A DNA stretch of 64,000 nucleotides from an uncultured Erysipelotrichia bacterium (GTDB lineage: Bacteria; Bacillota_I; Bacilli_A; JBKEDG01). Made by a program: the position numbers and the translations under genes. Where the stretch lies: assembly GCA_964593055.1 (NCBI GenBank), contig CAZQIG010000005.1, forward strand, positions 40,167-104,166, given 5' to 3'. This document shows, in pieces, positions 25,814-34,056 of this stretch; position 1 is the first letter of the stretch, and the number at the start of each line of letters is the position of its first letter. A model generated the notes under the pieces. It was not told where the DNA came from. It searched no databases and saw only the letters and a list, made by a program, of their open reading frames with translations.

Positions 25814-26489
25814 CGCTCAATAAGTCCAACAAATTCATCTTACGCCCTTCTTTTTCCGCTTTAGCTTTTTCCTTAATTTTATAGATATCATATTCTACAT
25901 CTTCACTAGCATAAGCTTCTTCCATCGTGACATTTTCATCACTAACACGTCCAGGCTCATCATCGATTTGCAACCTTTTCTTAAGATTAACAATTTCTTT
26001 CGTATCAAAAATGGCACTATCACTTTTTTTCTTTGATTCAGAAGTATCTTTTTGCTCTGATTTAGGTGGCGTTGTTACTGTAACTGAAGAAACATTAACA
26101 AATCCCTTATTGCGAATTTCTTCAAAATCTGGTCTTGTCTCTTCTTCTTCAAAATTCTCAATCACTTCAACAGGCTCTTCTTCTTTTTTCCCTAAATCAC
26201 CATACACAGGTGAAATAAAAGGTTTTGGTTTAAAACGCTTCTCACTATTGCTTGAATATGCAGAAGCTTTAGGTTTTGGTTTATCAAAAACATCATCAAC
26301 AAACATTACACTAGTATCTTTATTATTCTGCTTACGTTCTAATTTACGTTGTTTAACTATCTCTTCTTCAGTGAGCTTGCGTACAACATTTTCATCATTT
26401 TTTTCTTCTTTAATTTGCTGTTTTTCTACAATCTCTTCTTCTTGATTTGTATCAAATAGATAATCTCTTAATTTTTTCAACATCACCAT
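25806..26489 (-). CDS. hypothetical Glu/Lys-rich, probably disordered protein translationally coupled to murC
   Basis: 227 aa, no TM helix, low complexity. Short ordered-looking termini (MLKKLRDYLF at the N-terminus, MNLLDLLSDD at the C-terminus). Overlaps the murC start by 8 nt. Confidence 0.5.
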   Translation of the reverse strand: MVMLKKLRDYLFDTNQEEEIVEKQQIKEEKNDENVVRKLTEEEIVKQRKLERKQNNKDTSVMFVDDVFDKPKPKASAYSSNSEKRFKPKPFISPVYGDLGKKEEEPVEVIENFEEEETRPDFEEIRNKGFVNVSSVTVTTPPKSEQKDTSESKKKSDSAIFDTKEIVNLKKRLQIDDEPGRVSDENVTMEEAYASEDVEYDIYKIKEKAKAEKEGRKMNLLDLLSDD

Positions 26490-26625
26490 CGCTCCTTACT
26501 ACCCATATTGTAACACATTATAGTGTATTAATAAAATATTTTCATACTTTATTTTACTTATATTCTTGTCGATTTGTCCAACTTTTGCTATACTGATAAG
26601 GAAACAATATTTTAGGAGGAAAAAT

Positions 26626-28635
26626 ATGATTGAAACAATTGAAACAGTTTTTTATATTTTTATAATTGCTAGTATTTTAATCGCCTTGTTATATACTATG
26701 TATATTAATACTAGTAATAATAAAATTTCACAAGGAACAGAAAGAATGAAGGAAATATCTTCATATATTAAAGAAGGAGCAAATGCTTTTTTACTACGTG
26801 AATACAAATTATTGGTCTTCGTTTTACTACCACTATTTGTACTATTATTCTTATTAATAGATGCTGGAACAGCAATTGCTTTCTTACTAGGATCTATTTT
26901 GAGTGCAACTGCAGGAAATATCGGAATGCGTGCTGCTACTAATGCAAATGCTCGTACTGCTCAACAAGCAAAAGAAAATGGAATGACAAAAGCCTTAGCT
27001 GTTGCTTTCAATGGTGGTGCTATTATGGGCTTGAGCGTTGTTTCTTTAGGATTATTAGGTATTACTATCTTAATGATTATTTATAATAATATTGAAATAA
27101 TTTTTGGCTTTTCACTTGGAGCCTCACTTGTTGCCCTATTTGCTCGTGTTGGTGGTGGAATATATACTAAAGCTGCTGATGTTGGTGCAGATTTAGTTGG
27201 TAAAGTTGAAGCTGGTATTCCTGAAGATGATCCACGTAACCCTGCAGTAATTGCTGATAATGTTGGTGATAACGTTGGTGACGTTGCAGGAATGGGTGCC
27301 GACTTATTTGAGTCTTATGTCGGTTCAATCGTTTCAGCTCTAACACTAGGTTATTTAGCTTTTGGAATGGAAGGATTACTTTTCCCATTCATCTTAAGTG
27401 CTCTAGGAATAATTTTTTCTGTAGTTGGTGTTGCAGTAGTAAAAGCTTCTAATGCTAATGACCCACATAAAGCTTTAAAAATGGGAACTTATGTTGCCGG
27501 ATTATTTGTTATCATCTCTTCAGGTGTTCTAAGTTATTACCTATTTGGAAATTTAAATGCATTTTATACTGTAATTGCTGGATTAATTGTTGGGATTGCT
27601 ATTGGACAAATTACTGAAGTTTATACTTCAGATGAATACAAAAGTGTTAAAGAAATTGCTAAACAATCAGAAACAGGTTCAGCTACTACGATAATTAGTG
27701 GTATTAGCGTTGGAATGAAATCAGCAACTCTACCTATTTTATTAATTGCTACAGCAATCATCATTTCATATCAATTATCTGGACAATACGGAATTGCTCT
27801 TGCTGCTGTTGGAATGTTATCAACTGCAGGAATTACCATTGCAATTGATGCTTATGGACCAATTGCTGATAACGCTGGTGGAATTGCTGAAATGGCCAAT
27901 TTAGATGAAAGCGTTAGAAAAATTACTGATAAACTTGATTCTGTAGGAAATACTACTGCTGCAATCGGAAAAGGATTTGCTATCGGTTCAGCTGCCCTTA
28001 CAGCTTTAGCACTTTTTGTCTCATTCTCTGAAGCTGTTAATTTAACAGAAATTTCTATTTTAAGCTCAACAGTTGTGGCAGGATTACTAATCGGTGGGAT
28101 GCTACCATTCTTATTTAGTGCTTTAACAATGGATGCAGTTGGTTCAGCAGCTAATAAAATGATTGAAGAAGTTCGTCGACAATTCAAAGAAAATCCAGGA
28201 ATCATGGATGGAACAACTAAGCCTGATTATGCTTCTTGTGTAACTATTTCAACTGATTCTGCTTTAAAGAAAATGTTTTTACCAGGTATTTTAGCAATTA
28301 TTTCACCTTTAACTATCGGTTTATTACTTGGAACAGAAGCTGTTGGTGGTTTATTAGCTGGTGCTTTAGTTAGTGGTGTTTTACTAGCAATTTTCATGTC
28401 TAATGCTGGTGGTGCATGGGATAATGCTAAAAAATATATTGAATCGGGACAACACGGTGGTAAAAATAGCCCAGCACATAAAGCAAGTGTTGTTGGTGAT
28501 ACTGTTGGAGATCCTTTTAAAGATACTTCAGGACCTTCAATTAATATTTTAATCAAATTAATGTCAATCGTTTCATTAGTATTTGCACCTGTTTTCTTAG
28601 AATATGGTGGAATGTTAATAAATTTATTTAATTAA
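26626..28635 (+). CDS. hppA: membrane-integral proton/sodium-translocating pyrophosphatase
   Basis: [29 protein letters not shown] and [10 protein letters not shown] motifs. Start placed at ATG 26626, 8 nt after AGGAGG. The 20 upstream ORF-track codons lack an SD. Confidence 0.95.
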   Translation: MIETIETVFYIFIIASILIALLYTMYINTSNNKISQGTERMKEISSYIKEGANAFLLREYKLLVFVLLPLFVLLFLLIDAGTAIAFLLGSILSATAGNIGMRAATNANARTAQQAKENGMTKALAVAFNGGAIMGLSVVSLGLLGITILMIIYNNIEIIFGFSLGASLVALFARVGGGIYTKAADVGADLVGKVEAGIPEDDPRNPAVIADNVGDNVGDVAGMGADLFESYVGSIVSALTLGYLAFGMEGLLFPFILSALGIIFSVVGVAVVKASNANDPHKALKMGTYVAGLFVIISSGVLSYYLFGNLNAFYTVIAGLIVGIAIGQITEVYTSDEYKSVKEIAKQSETGSATTIISGISVGMKSATLPILLIATAIIISYQLSGQYGIALAAVGMLSTAGITIAIDAYGPIADNAGGIAEMANLDESVRKITDKLDSVGNTTAAIGKGFAIGSAALTALALFVSFSEAVNLTEISILSSTVVAGLLIGGMLPFLFSALTMDAVGSAANKMIEEVRRQFKENPGIMDGTTKPDYASCVTISTDSALKKMFLPGILAIISPLTIGLLLGTEAVGGLLAGALVSGVLLAIFMSNAGGAWDNAKKYIESGQHGGKNSPAHKASVVGDTVGDPFKDTSGPSINILIKLMSIVSLVFAPVFLEYGGMLINLFN

Positions 28636-28721
28636 GTTTTGTTTTATACTTGAAAAATTACTAAAAAAAATATAAAATACTATTATAGAATAATAATTTT
28701 AAAATAAAAGGAGGAGTTAAC

Positions 28722-28892
28722 ATGCCAGCATTTGTTAAAGTTGATGATTGTATTGGATGTGAAGCTTGTGTAAGTGTTTGCCCAGTTGAGGTAATTGAAA
28801 TGAAAGAAGATAAAGCTTTTGTTAATGAAGGATGTATTGAGTGTAGTGCTTGTATTGGTGAGTGCCCAGTTGATGCAATCGTAATGAACTAA
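28722..28892 (+). CDS. fdx: clostridial-type 2x[4Fe-4S] ferredoxin (56 aa, absent from the ORF track)
   Basis: MPAFVKVDDCIGCEACVSVCPVEVIEMKEDKAFVNEGCIECSACIGECPVDAIVMN, with two CxxCxxCxxxCP motifs. SD AAGGAGGAG upstream. Promoter TTGAAA-17-TAAAAT at about 28652-28680. Confidence 0.9.
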   Translation: MPAFVKVDDCIGCEACVSVCPVEVIEMKEDKAFVNEGCIECSACIGECPVDAIVMN

Positions 28893-28900
28893 AAAAGTTT

Positions 28901-28927
28901 ATAGCAAATAAAAAAGACTGCTCAGCA
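28901..28927. terminator. bidirectional terminator between fdx and the ECF S-component gene
   Basis: AAAAAGACUGC-UCA-GCAGUCUUUUUUU. Confidence 0.8.
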
Positions 28928-28935
28928 GTCTTTTT

Positions 28936-29475
28936 TTATAAGCCAAATTTTGCCAATCTTTTCATCATAAAACTTACTAAAACACAAGAAACAACTTTAT
29001 CTACTAAATTAGCTGTAAAAACTGTTAAAGCTGTTGCACCAAATAAAGACTGTCCTGTTTTCTTCAGTACTAATAATAATACATCACTTCCTGACCCACT
29101 AAGTCCTCCAAATAAATAAATACGGATTGGTGTTGCTACAAGAGGAATGGTAATTGATAATAAAATTCCTGTTAAAATAGCCCTTTTATAGCTAAATCCT
29201 CTTTTCGCCATTAAACTAACTACTATTGCAATTAAAACACTAACTAAAGCAAAAGGAATGGCAATTGGTGTAGTTAAGATACCTAAAAGTAAATTCGTTA
29301 AAATCCCTACTACAAGCGACCATTTAACTCCCTTAGTAGCTGCAATGTAAATTGTACCTAGTGAATCTAAAAACAATAGTGGTATCTTAATGCTCGATAC
29401 AAAACTACCAAGCACAATATTAATTACGATAGCTAGCCCACATAAAACTAGCGTATTAACTTCTTTTTTCATCAT
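28936..29475 (-). CDS. ECF-transporter S-component-like membrane protein (CD3073-like, from memory)
   Basis: 179 aa with about 6 TM helices. No ecfA/ecfT genes in the window. Overlaps the upstream TudS-like gene by 20 nt. Confidence 0.55.
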   Translation of the reverse strand: MMKKEVNTLVLCGLAIVINIVLGSFVSSIKIPLLFLDSLGTIYIAATKGVKWSLVVGILTNLLLGILTTPIAIPFALVSVLIAIVVSLMAKRGFSYKRAILTGILLSITIPLVATPIRIYLFGGLSGSGSDVLLLVLKKTGQSLFGATALTVFTANLVDKVVSCVLVSFMMKRLAKFGL

Positions 29476-29950
29476 CTACTCCTAAAAATGTTTTTAATTT
29501 GTTAATAAATTGATTGTTTTCAGCATTATTAGAATAACTAGTAGGCACACCTATCATCTTAAATTTGATCGATTTTTCAGCTAATAAACGTACTAATTCC
29601 TCAATCATTAAACCTTGCTTTGTTAAAGTAGAACAAGTCGGACTTTCTTCAATACCGATAAATCCTTGAAAATAATAATTATTTTCCAAGTAATTCTCTA
29701 TTTGTAAAATATATGGTATTAACCCTTCAGAAATTAATTTACGATATTCTTGTGTATCATATTCTTCATAAGTCATTCCTGGACGATCTTTTCCACTTAA
29801 AATCATCTCAAAACAAGGTAATTGAATAATTCCAAAACTTTCTTCACATAGTATTTTAGCAAAATTAAAAGCCCCATTACCCCTTTCCAAACCTTTTACA
29901 ACAGCATGTTGATTTAAAATACAGTGTGATACAACAACGAATTTCTTCAT
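29456..29950 (-). CDS. TudS/DUF523-related putative Fe-S desulfidase (CD3072-like, from memory)
   Basis: 164 aa. Cys10 (VVSHCILNQ), Cys46 (LPCFE) and Cys106 (PTCS) are spaced like the three cluster ligands of DUF523 thiouracil desulfidases. Confidence 0.5.
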   Translation of the reverse strand: MKKFVVVSHCILNQHAVVKGLERGNGAFNFAKILCEESFGIIQLPCFEMILSGKDRPGMTYEEYDTQEYRKLISEGLIPYILQIENYLENNYYFQGFIGIEESPTCSTLTKQGLMIEELVRLLAEKSIKFKMIGVPTSYSNNAENNQFINKLKTFLGVDDEKRS

Positions 29951-29988
29951 CTGATCATTCCATTCTAAAGCTAAATTTCAACAAGTTC

Positions 29989-30017
29989 ATTATAAGGAGA
30001 TATAAAAAATTTGTCAA
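29989..30017 (-). promoter_or_regulatory. consensus promoter TTGACA-17-TATAAT of the TudS-like/ECF-S operon
   Basis: Perfect hexamers (reverse complement of 30012-30017 and 29989-29994) with 17-nt spacing. Confidence 0.65.
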
Positions 30018-30072
30018 TTGTTTTTCCAATAAAAAAAGTCCATAATTAAAAACTTTTTATCATGATACTTAA

Positions 30073-30100
30073 CAATGTAAAAAGTCGTGTAAACGACTTT
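30073..30100 (-). terminator. intrinsic terminator of nth
   Basis: AAAGUCGU-UUAC-ACGACUUU followed by UUAC, starting at the stop codon. Confidence 0.65.
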
Positions 30101-30735
30101 TATAATTGATTATGTTTACAAATGTTTTTTAAAAGACATTCTTTACAATTAGGATTACGACTTTTACAATGATAACGCCCAAAAAAAATCATCTGATGAT
30201 GTAATTTGATCCATTTTTCACGTGGAAACTTACGCTTCAATTTTTCTTCTATCTTATATACACTATCACCTTTTTTTGCTAAACCGAGTCTAATACTTAT
30301 GCGCTCTACATGTGTATCAACTGCAAAAGCAGGAACTTGAAAGACTTCAGTTAAAATAACATTAGTCGTTTTACGTCCTACACCTGGTAAAGCTTCTAAA
30401 TCAGCACGTTTATTAGGCAATACATCATTATAATCATTACTGATAATTTCTGCCATTCTATGCAAATTTTTAGCCTTATTCTTATATAACCCAATTCTTT
30501 TAATATATTTTTCAATTTCTGCAACAGAAAGTTTTAAAAAATCACTAGCATTTAAATAATTAGCAAACAAATCTTTTGTTGCAATATTAACCGCCTTATC
30601 AGTTGTTTGAGCTGAGAGCATAACCGCCACTGCTAATTGAAACGGTGTTTGATAATTTAACTCACAACTAGCATGTGGATACATTTTATCTAAAACATCG
30701 ATAATTACTTCTATACGTTTACTTATCTTCATCAT
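30100..30735 (-). CDS. nth: endonuclease III
   Basis: HhH-GPD motif LPGVGRKTTNVIL and C-terminal Fe-S cluster loop CKSRNPNCKECLLKNIC. Confidence 0.95.
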   Translation of the reverse strand: MMKISKRIEVIIDVLDKMYPHASCELNYQTPFQLAVAVMLSAQTTDKAVNIATKDLFANYLNASDFLKLSVAEIEKYIKRIGLYKNKAKNLHRMAEIISNDYNDVLPNKRADLEALPGVGRKTTNVILTEVFQVPAFAVDTHVERISIRLGLAKKGDSVYKIEEKLKRKFPREKWIKLHHQMIFFGRYHCKSRNPNCKECLLKNICKHNQL

Positions 30736-31303
30736 TTAACCAATCATACTCAAACTTAAAGCTGCTGATATTACCAGTATCTTCAACCTTATTTTCTAAA
30801 ACTTTATTAATATACGTAAAATTATCAACATTATTCATCGCAGCAACAGCAACAGCATCAATTATTGCTTGTTCATCGTATTTTTCAATTTCTATCCATT
30901 TAGACAATGTTTGTATTTCAGCATACTTAAGAGGCCTTCCTAATAAATTAGCAATAACATTTAAAAGCTCATTTTTCTTTTCTTGATTATCTTCTGCTAA
31001 TAAATATTCAGGCATTTTTGAAATATCAATCACTTCTACACAACCACGCTCTTTTTTCAAAACCTTAATTTCTAGCAAACCCTTTGCACTTAAATCAGTA
31101 ACTAAAGAAAAAATCTTTCTCGATTCTAAATTCATAACTTTAGAAATTTTTTCTAAATTATATTTAATATGCTCAGACTTAGCATCAGCACACAAATGTA
31201 ATAATAACAATACTTCATCACAACTTAAATTACTTTTTGAATAATTATTCAAAATTAATTTTGTTAAATTAAGCTCTCCATCTCTTAATAATTTATTTAT
31301 CAT
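30719..31303 (-). CDS. dnaD: DnaD-domain replication initiation protein
   Basis: 194 aa with a C-terminal DnaD/DnaB_2-like region (LSKWIEIEKYDEQAIIDAVAVAAMNNVDNFTYINKVL). dnaD-nth adjacency as in Bacillus. Confidence 0.7.
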   Translation of the reverse strand: MINKLLRDGELNLTKLILNNYSKSNLSCDEVLLLLHLCADAKSEHIKYNLEKISKVMNLESRKIFSLVTDLSAKGLLEIKVLKKERGCVEVIDISKMPEYLLAEDNQEKKNELLNVIANLLGRPLKYAEIQTLSKWIEIEKYDEQAIIDAVAVAAMNNVDNFTYINKVLENKVEDTGNISSFKFEYDWLNDEDK

Positions 31304-31339
31304 CTAAATCCTCCTACAAAAAAAAGGAGTTACCCTTTT

Positions 31340-31612
31340 TTATTTTAAAGCTTCTTTCAATGCAGCTCCCGCTTTAAAAGCTGGAGATTTTCTTGCAGGA
31401 ACATTAATAGGTTCACCTGTTCTTGGATTTCTTGAAACACGAGCTTTTTGATCACGTACTTCAAAACTTCCAAATCCGATAAATTTTACATTATCACCTT
31501 TTTTTAAAGTTTCCTCAATAGTCGACAAAAATGAGTCTACAAACTTTGATGTATCAGCTTTCGACATTTCCGTTTTACTTGCTAAAACATCGATAAATTC
31601 CTTTTTATTCAT
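31340..31612 (-). CDS. hup: DNA-binding protein HU
   Basis: 90 aa. GFGSFEVRDQKARVSRNPRTGEPINVPARKSPAFKAG arm motif. Confidence 0.95.
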   Translation of the reverse strand: MNKKEFIDVLASKTEMSKADTSKFVDSFLSTIEETLKKGDNVKFIGFGSFEVRDQKARVSRNPRTGEPINVPARKSPAFKAGAALKEALK

Positions 31613-31676
31613 ATATAATATACCTCCTAATTACTTATAAAGTAATAATAACACATTTGATTTTTAAATACAATAA

Positions 31677-33011
31677 TTACATTTGATTTATTATTATTTT
31701 GAAAATATTACCACGCTCTTCAAAATTTTTAAAAACATCCCAACTAGCTGAAGCTGGTGATAAAAGTAAAGTATCATACGGTCGACATCTACTATAAGCT
31801 TCTTGAATTGCTAAAGTAAAATCTGCAACAAAAGTGCAGTTTATCTTATACTCTTCCATAATCTCTTGAACTCTTTCTCCACATTCACCAAAAGAAATTA
31901 CCTCTTTTACAAAATTCATATAATCTACTAATTCTCTAAAATCTTGTCCTCTCTCTAACCCTCCAAGCATTAAAACAATTGTGGAATTAAAAGCTAATAA
32001 AGCTGTTTTTGTCGCCTCGATATTTGTCGATTTTGAATCATTGAATATTTCAATATTATTAATACTACGCACAAACTCAATACGATGCTCTACACCACTA
32101 AAATTTTGAATAGCTTCAATAGTCTTATCATCATCTAAACTAAATTCATCAACAGCTAATAATGCTGCCATAATATTTTGATGATTATGCTTTCCACGTA
32201 ACTTCAACTTATCGATATTTAAAAACTGTTCATCTTTTAAATAAATTTCTTTTTCACTAACTGAAGCACCATTAGCACGATTATTTAGAGAAAAGAAAAG
32301 CTTTTTAGCTTTAATAGAAAAAGTTTTTTCAACTAGCAATGTATCATCAGCATTAATAATCGCTAGATCATCAAAAGTCATTCGATCAAAAATTGATAAT
32401 TTGCAAGCTTGATAACGCTCACTATTACAAAAATAATCAAGGTGAGCATCTACTAGATTAGTAAATACTGTCGTATTTGCCTTGAAAAATTTACAAAGAG
32501 ATAATTGCTGTGCTGAAATCTCTACAACATAAATTGTTGAATCTCTCTTCTTTGAAACATAATCGCTAAGGGGAAAGCCGATATTACCAGCTAAATATAC
32601 ATCTTTATTGTTATTTTTTAAAATTTCATAAATAATAGATGCTGTTGTAGTTTTTCCATTAGAACCAGTAACAGCGATAATATGAGCATCTTTAATAAGC
32701 GTATATGCAATATCAATTTCAGTTGAAACTAAAATGCCTAAATCTTCAGCAATAACTTCATATTTATGATTTGGCGGAATTCCTGGATTTTTAATAATTA
32801 AATCAAAGCTATCATCTACTAAATCATCTGGATGAGATCCAAGAATAAATTTAGCTCCTAATTTTTCTAATTCTGCAATATTTTTCTTATCGTGTTTATC
32901 AGACATATCATTAATAACAACTTCTACACCATCATTTAGAAGTAGTTTACTAACACTATAACCACTTCTTGCAAACCCTAAAACTAACACCTTTTTATAA
33001 TTATTTATCAC
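31677..33011 (-). CDS. murD: UDP-N-acetylmuramoylalanine--D-glutamate ligase
   Basis: VLGFARSGYS loop and GSNGKTTT P-loop. Start placed at GTG 33011, 7 nt after GGAG and abutting the mraY stop. The ORF-track extension overlaps mraY. Confidence 0.9.
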   Translation of the reverse strand: MINNYKKVLVLGFARSGYSVSKLLLNDGVEVVINDMSDKHDKKNIAELEKLGAKFILGSHPDDLVDDSFDLIIKNPGIPPNHKYEVIAEDLGILVSTEIDIAYTLIKDAHIIAVTGSNGKTTTASIIYEILKNNNKDVYLAGNIGFPLSDYVSKKRDSTIYVVEISAQQLSLCKFFKANTTVFTNLVDAHLDYFCNSERYQACKLSIFDRMTFDDLAIINADDTLLVEKTFSIKAKKLFFSLNNRANGASVSEKEIYLKDEQFLNIDKLKLRGKHNHQNIMAALLAVDEFSLDDDKTIEAIQNFSGVEHRIEFVRSINNIEIFNDSKSTNIEATKTALLAFNSTIVLMLGGLERGQDFRELVDYMNFVKEVISFGECGERVQEIMEEYKINCTFVADFTLAIQEAYSRCRPYDTLLLSPASASWDVFKNFEERGNIFKIIINQM

Positions 33012-34015
33012 AATACCACTCCAAACAATAATCCTAATAATGCAAAAATAAAGCCGCAAACCCAAAATACTCTAACAATTTGTGTTTCATTCCAACCAAG
33101 CAATTCAAAATGGTGATGAATCGGACTCATTAAAAAGACGCGCTTTTTCGTTGTTTTATAAGAAAGTACTTGAATAACAACACTCATAATTTCGATAACA
33201 AATACTCCACCTACTATTATAAGTGTAACTTCATGTCTCGTTAAAATTGCAATTATAGCAAGCATTGAACCTAAAGCCATTGATCCTGTATCACCCATGA
33301 AAATTTTAGCAGGATTAATGTTGTAAACTAAAAATCCAATCAATGCTCCGACCATTGTAAAAGCAGCTAATTCAATATCATATGGAACTAACTCAGCTCC
33401 AAAAGAACCTGTTGTTCTTCTCCAAGCAATTAAAGCATAAACTGTTAATGCCATTATACTAAGTCCTGTAGCAAGTCCATCCAAACCATCGGTGATATTG
33501 ACAGCGTTAGAAAACCCTACTAAGAACATTAAGATGAAAATTGTATAAAAAATTCCTAAATCTAGCTTAACATCTAAAATGAACACTTCTAAAGTTGGTT
33601 CATGATTTGATTTTGTAAGTAAAATATAAGCAATAATAGCAATTAAAAACTGTCCAATTAATTTTTGAATGACACTAAGTCCGCGACTACGTTTATTTTT
33701 GACATTTAACCAATCGTCAATAAAGCCTAAAATAGCATAACCTAAAACTACTGTACCAATAATAAGCATATCATATGAATAGCTTAAATCAGCAAAGAAG
33801 TAAATCAAAATTAGCGTGACTACTGCAGAACTCAAAAAGATAATTCCTCCAAACGTTGGAACACCACTTTTTACATGATGACTCTTAGGTCCATCTTCTC
33901 TAATATTTTGACCAATTTTTTTACGCAATTGAAACTTGATAAAAAAGTAACCAAAAATAACACTAAACGTAAATGAAAGTAATAATACGATTATAATATG
34001 ACCTATTTCTAACAT
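33008..34015 (-). CDS. mraY: phospho-N-acetylmuramoyl-pentapeptide transferase
   Basis: 335 aa with 10 TM helices. NAVNITDGLDGLA and MGDTGSMALG motifs. Confidence 0.95.
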   Translation of the reverse strand: MLEIGHIIIVLLLSFTFSVIFGYFFIKFQLRKKIGQNIREDGPKSHHVKSGVPTFGGIIFLSSAVVTLILIYFFADLSYSYDMLIIGTVVLGYAILGFIDDWLNVKNKRSRGLSVIQKLIGQFLIAIIAYILLTKSNHEPTLEVFILDVKLDLGIFYTIFILMFLVGFSNAVNITDGLDGLATGLSIMALTVYALIAWRRTTGSFGAELVPYDIELAAFTMVGALIGFLVYNINPAKIFMGDTGSMALGSMLAIIAILTRHEVTLIIVGGVFVIEIMSVVIQVLSYKTTKKRVFLMSPIHHHFELLGWNETQIVRVFWVCGFIFALLGLLFGVVL

Positions 34016-34056
34016 AATTTATCCTCCACACAATAATTATACTACAAAAATAAAAA

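Noticed and set aside
25927-26445. A 172-aa Ser-rich plus-strand ORF.
   Set aside because: It is the mirror image of the GAA/AAA-rich minus-strand gene (Glu/Lys codons read as Phe/Ser/Leu on the opposite strand). It has no start context.
26566-26625. N-terminal extensions in the ORF track. This covers hppA here, and likewise murD 33012-33065, rpmA 58565-58627, the ArsR gene 11237-11353, the LCP gene 39405-39449, the TfoX-C gene 7382-7537, and the yebC-like, ytxH-like, radC and 59303 genes.
   Set aside because: The extensions lack an SD, overlap upstream genes or promoters, and remove the family-typical N-termini. Internal starts with good SD spacing were used instead.
27167-28556. Three minus-strand ORFs (73, 117 and 109 aa) inside hppA. 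The track also lists similar antisense ORFs inside ispG, the CoADR fusion, hcp, the NSS gene, murC, secDF, aspS, obg and valS.
   Set aside because: Each lies entirely within a well-supported gene on the other strand. They lack an SD and have biased, low-complexity composition. These are ordinary antisense open frames.
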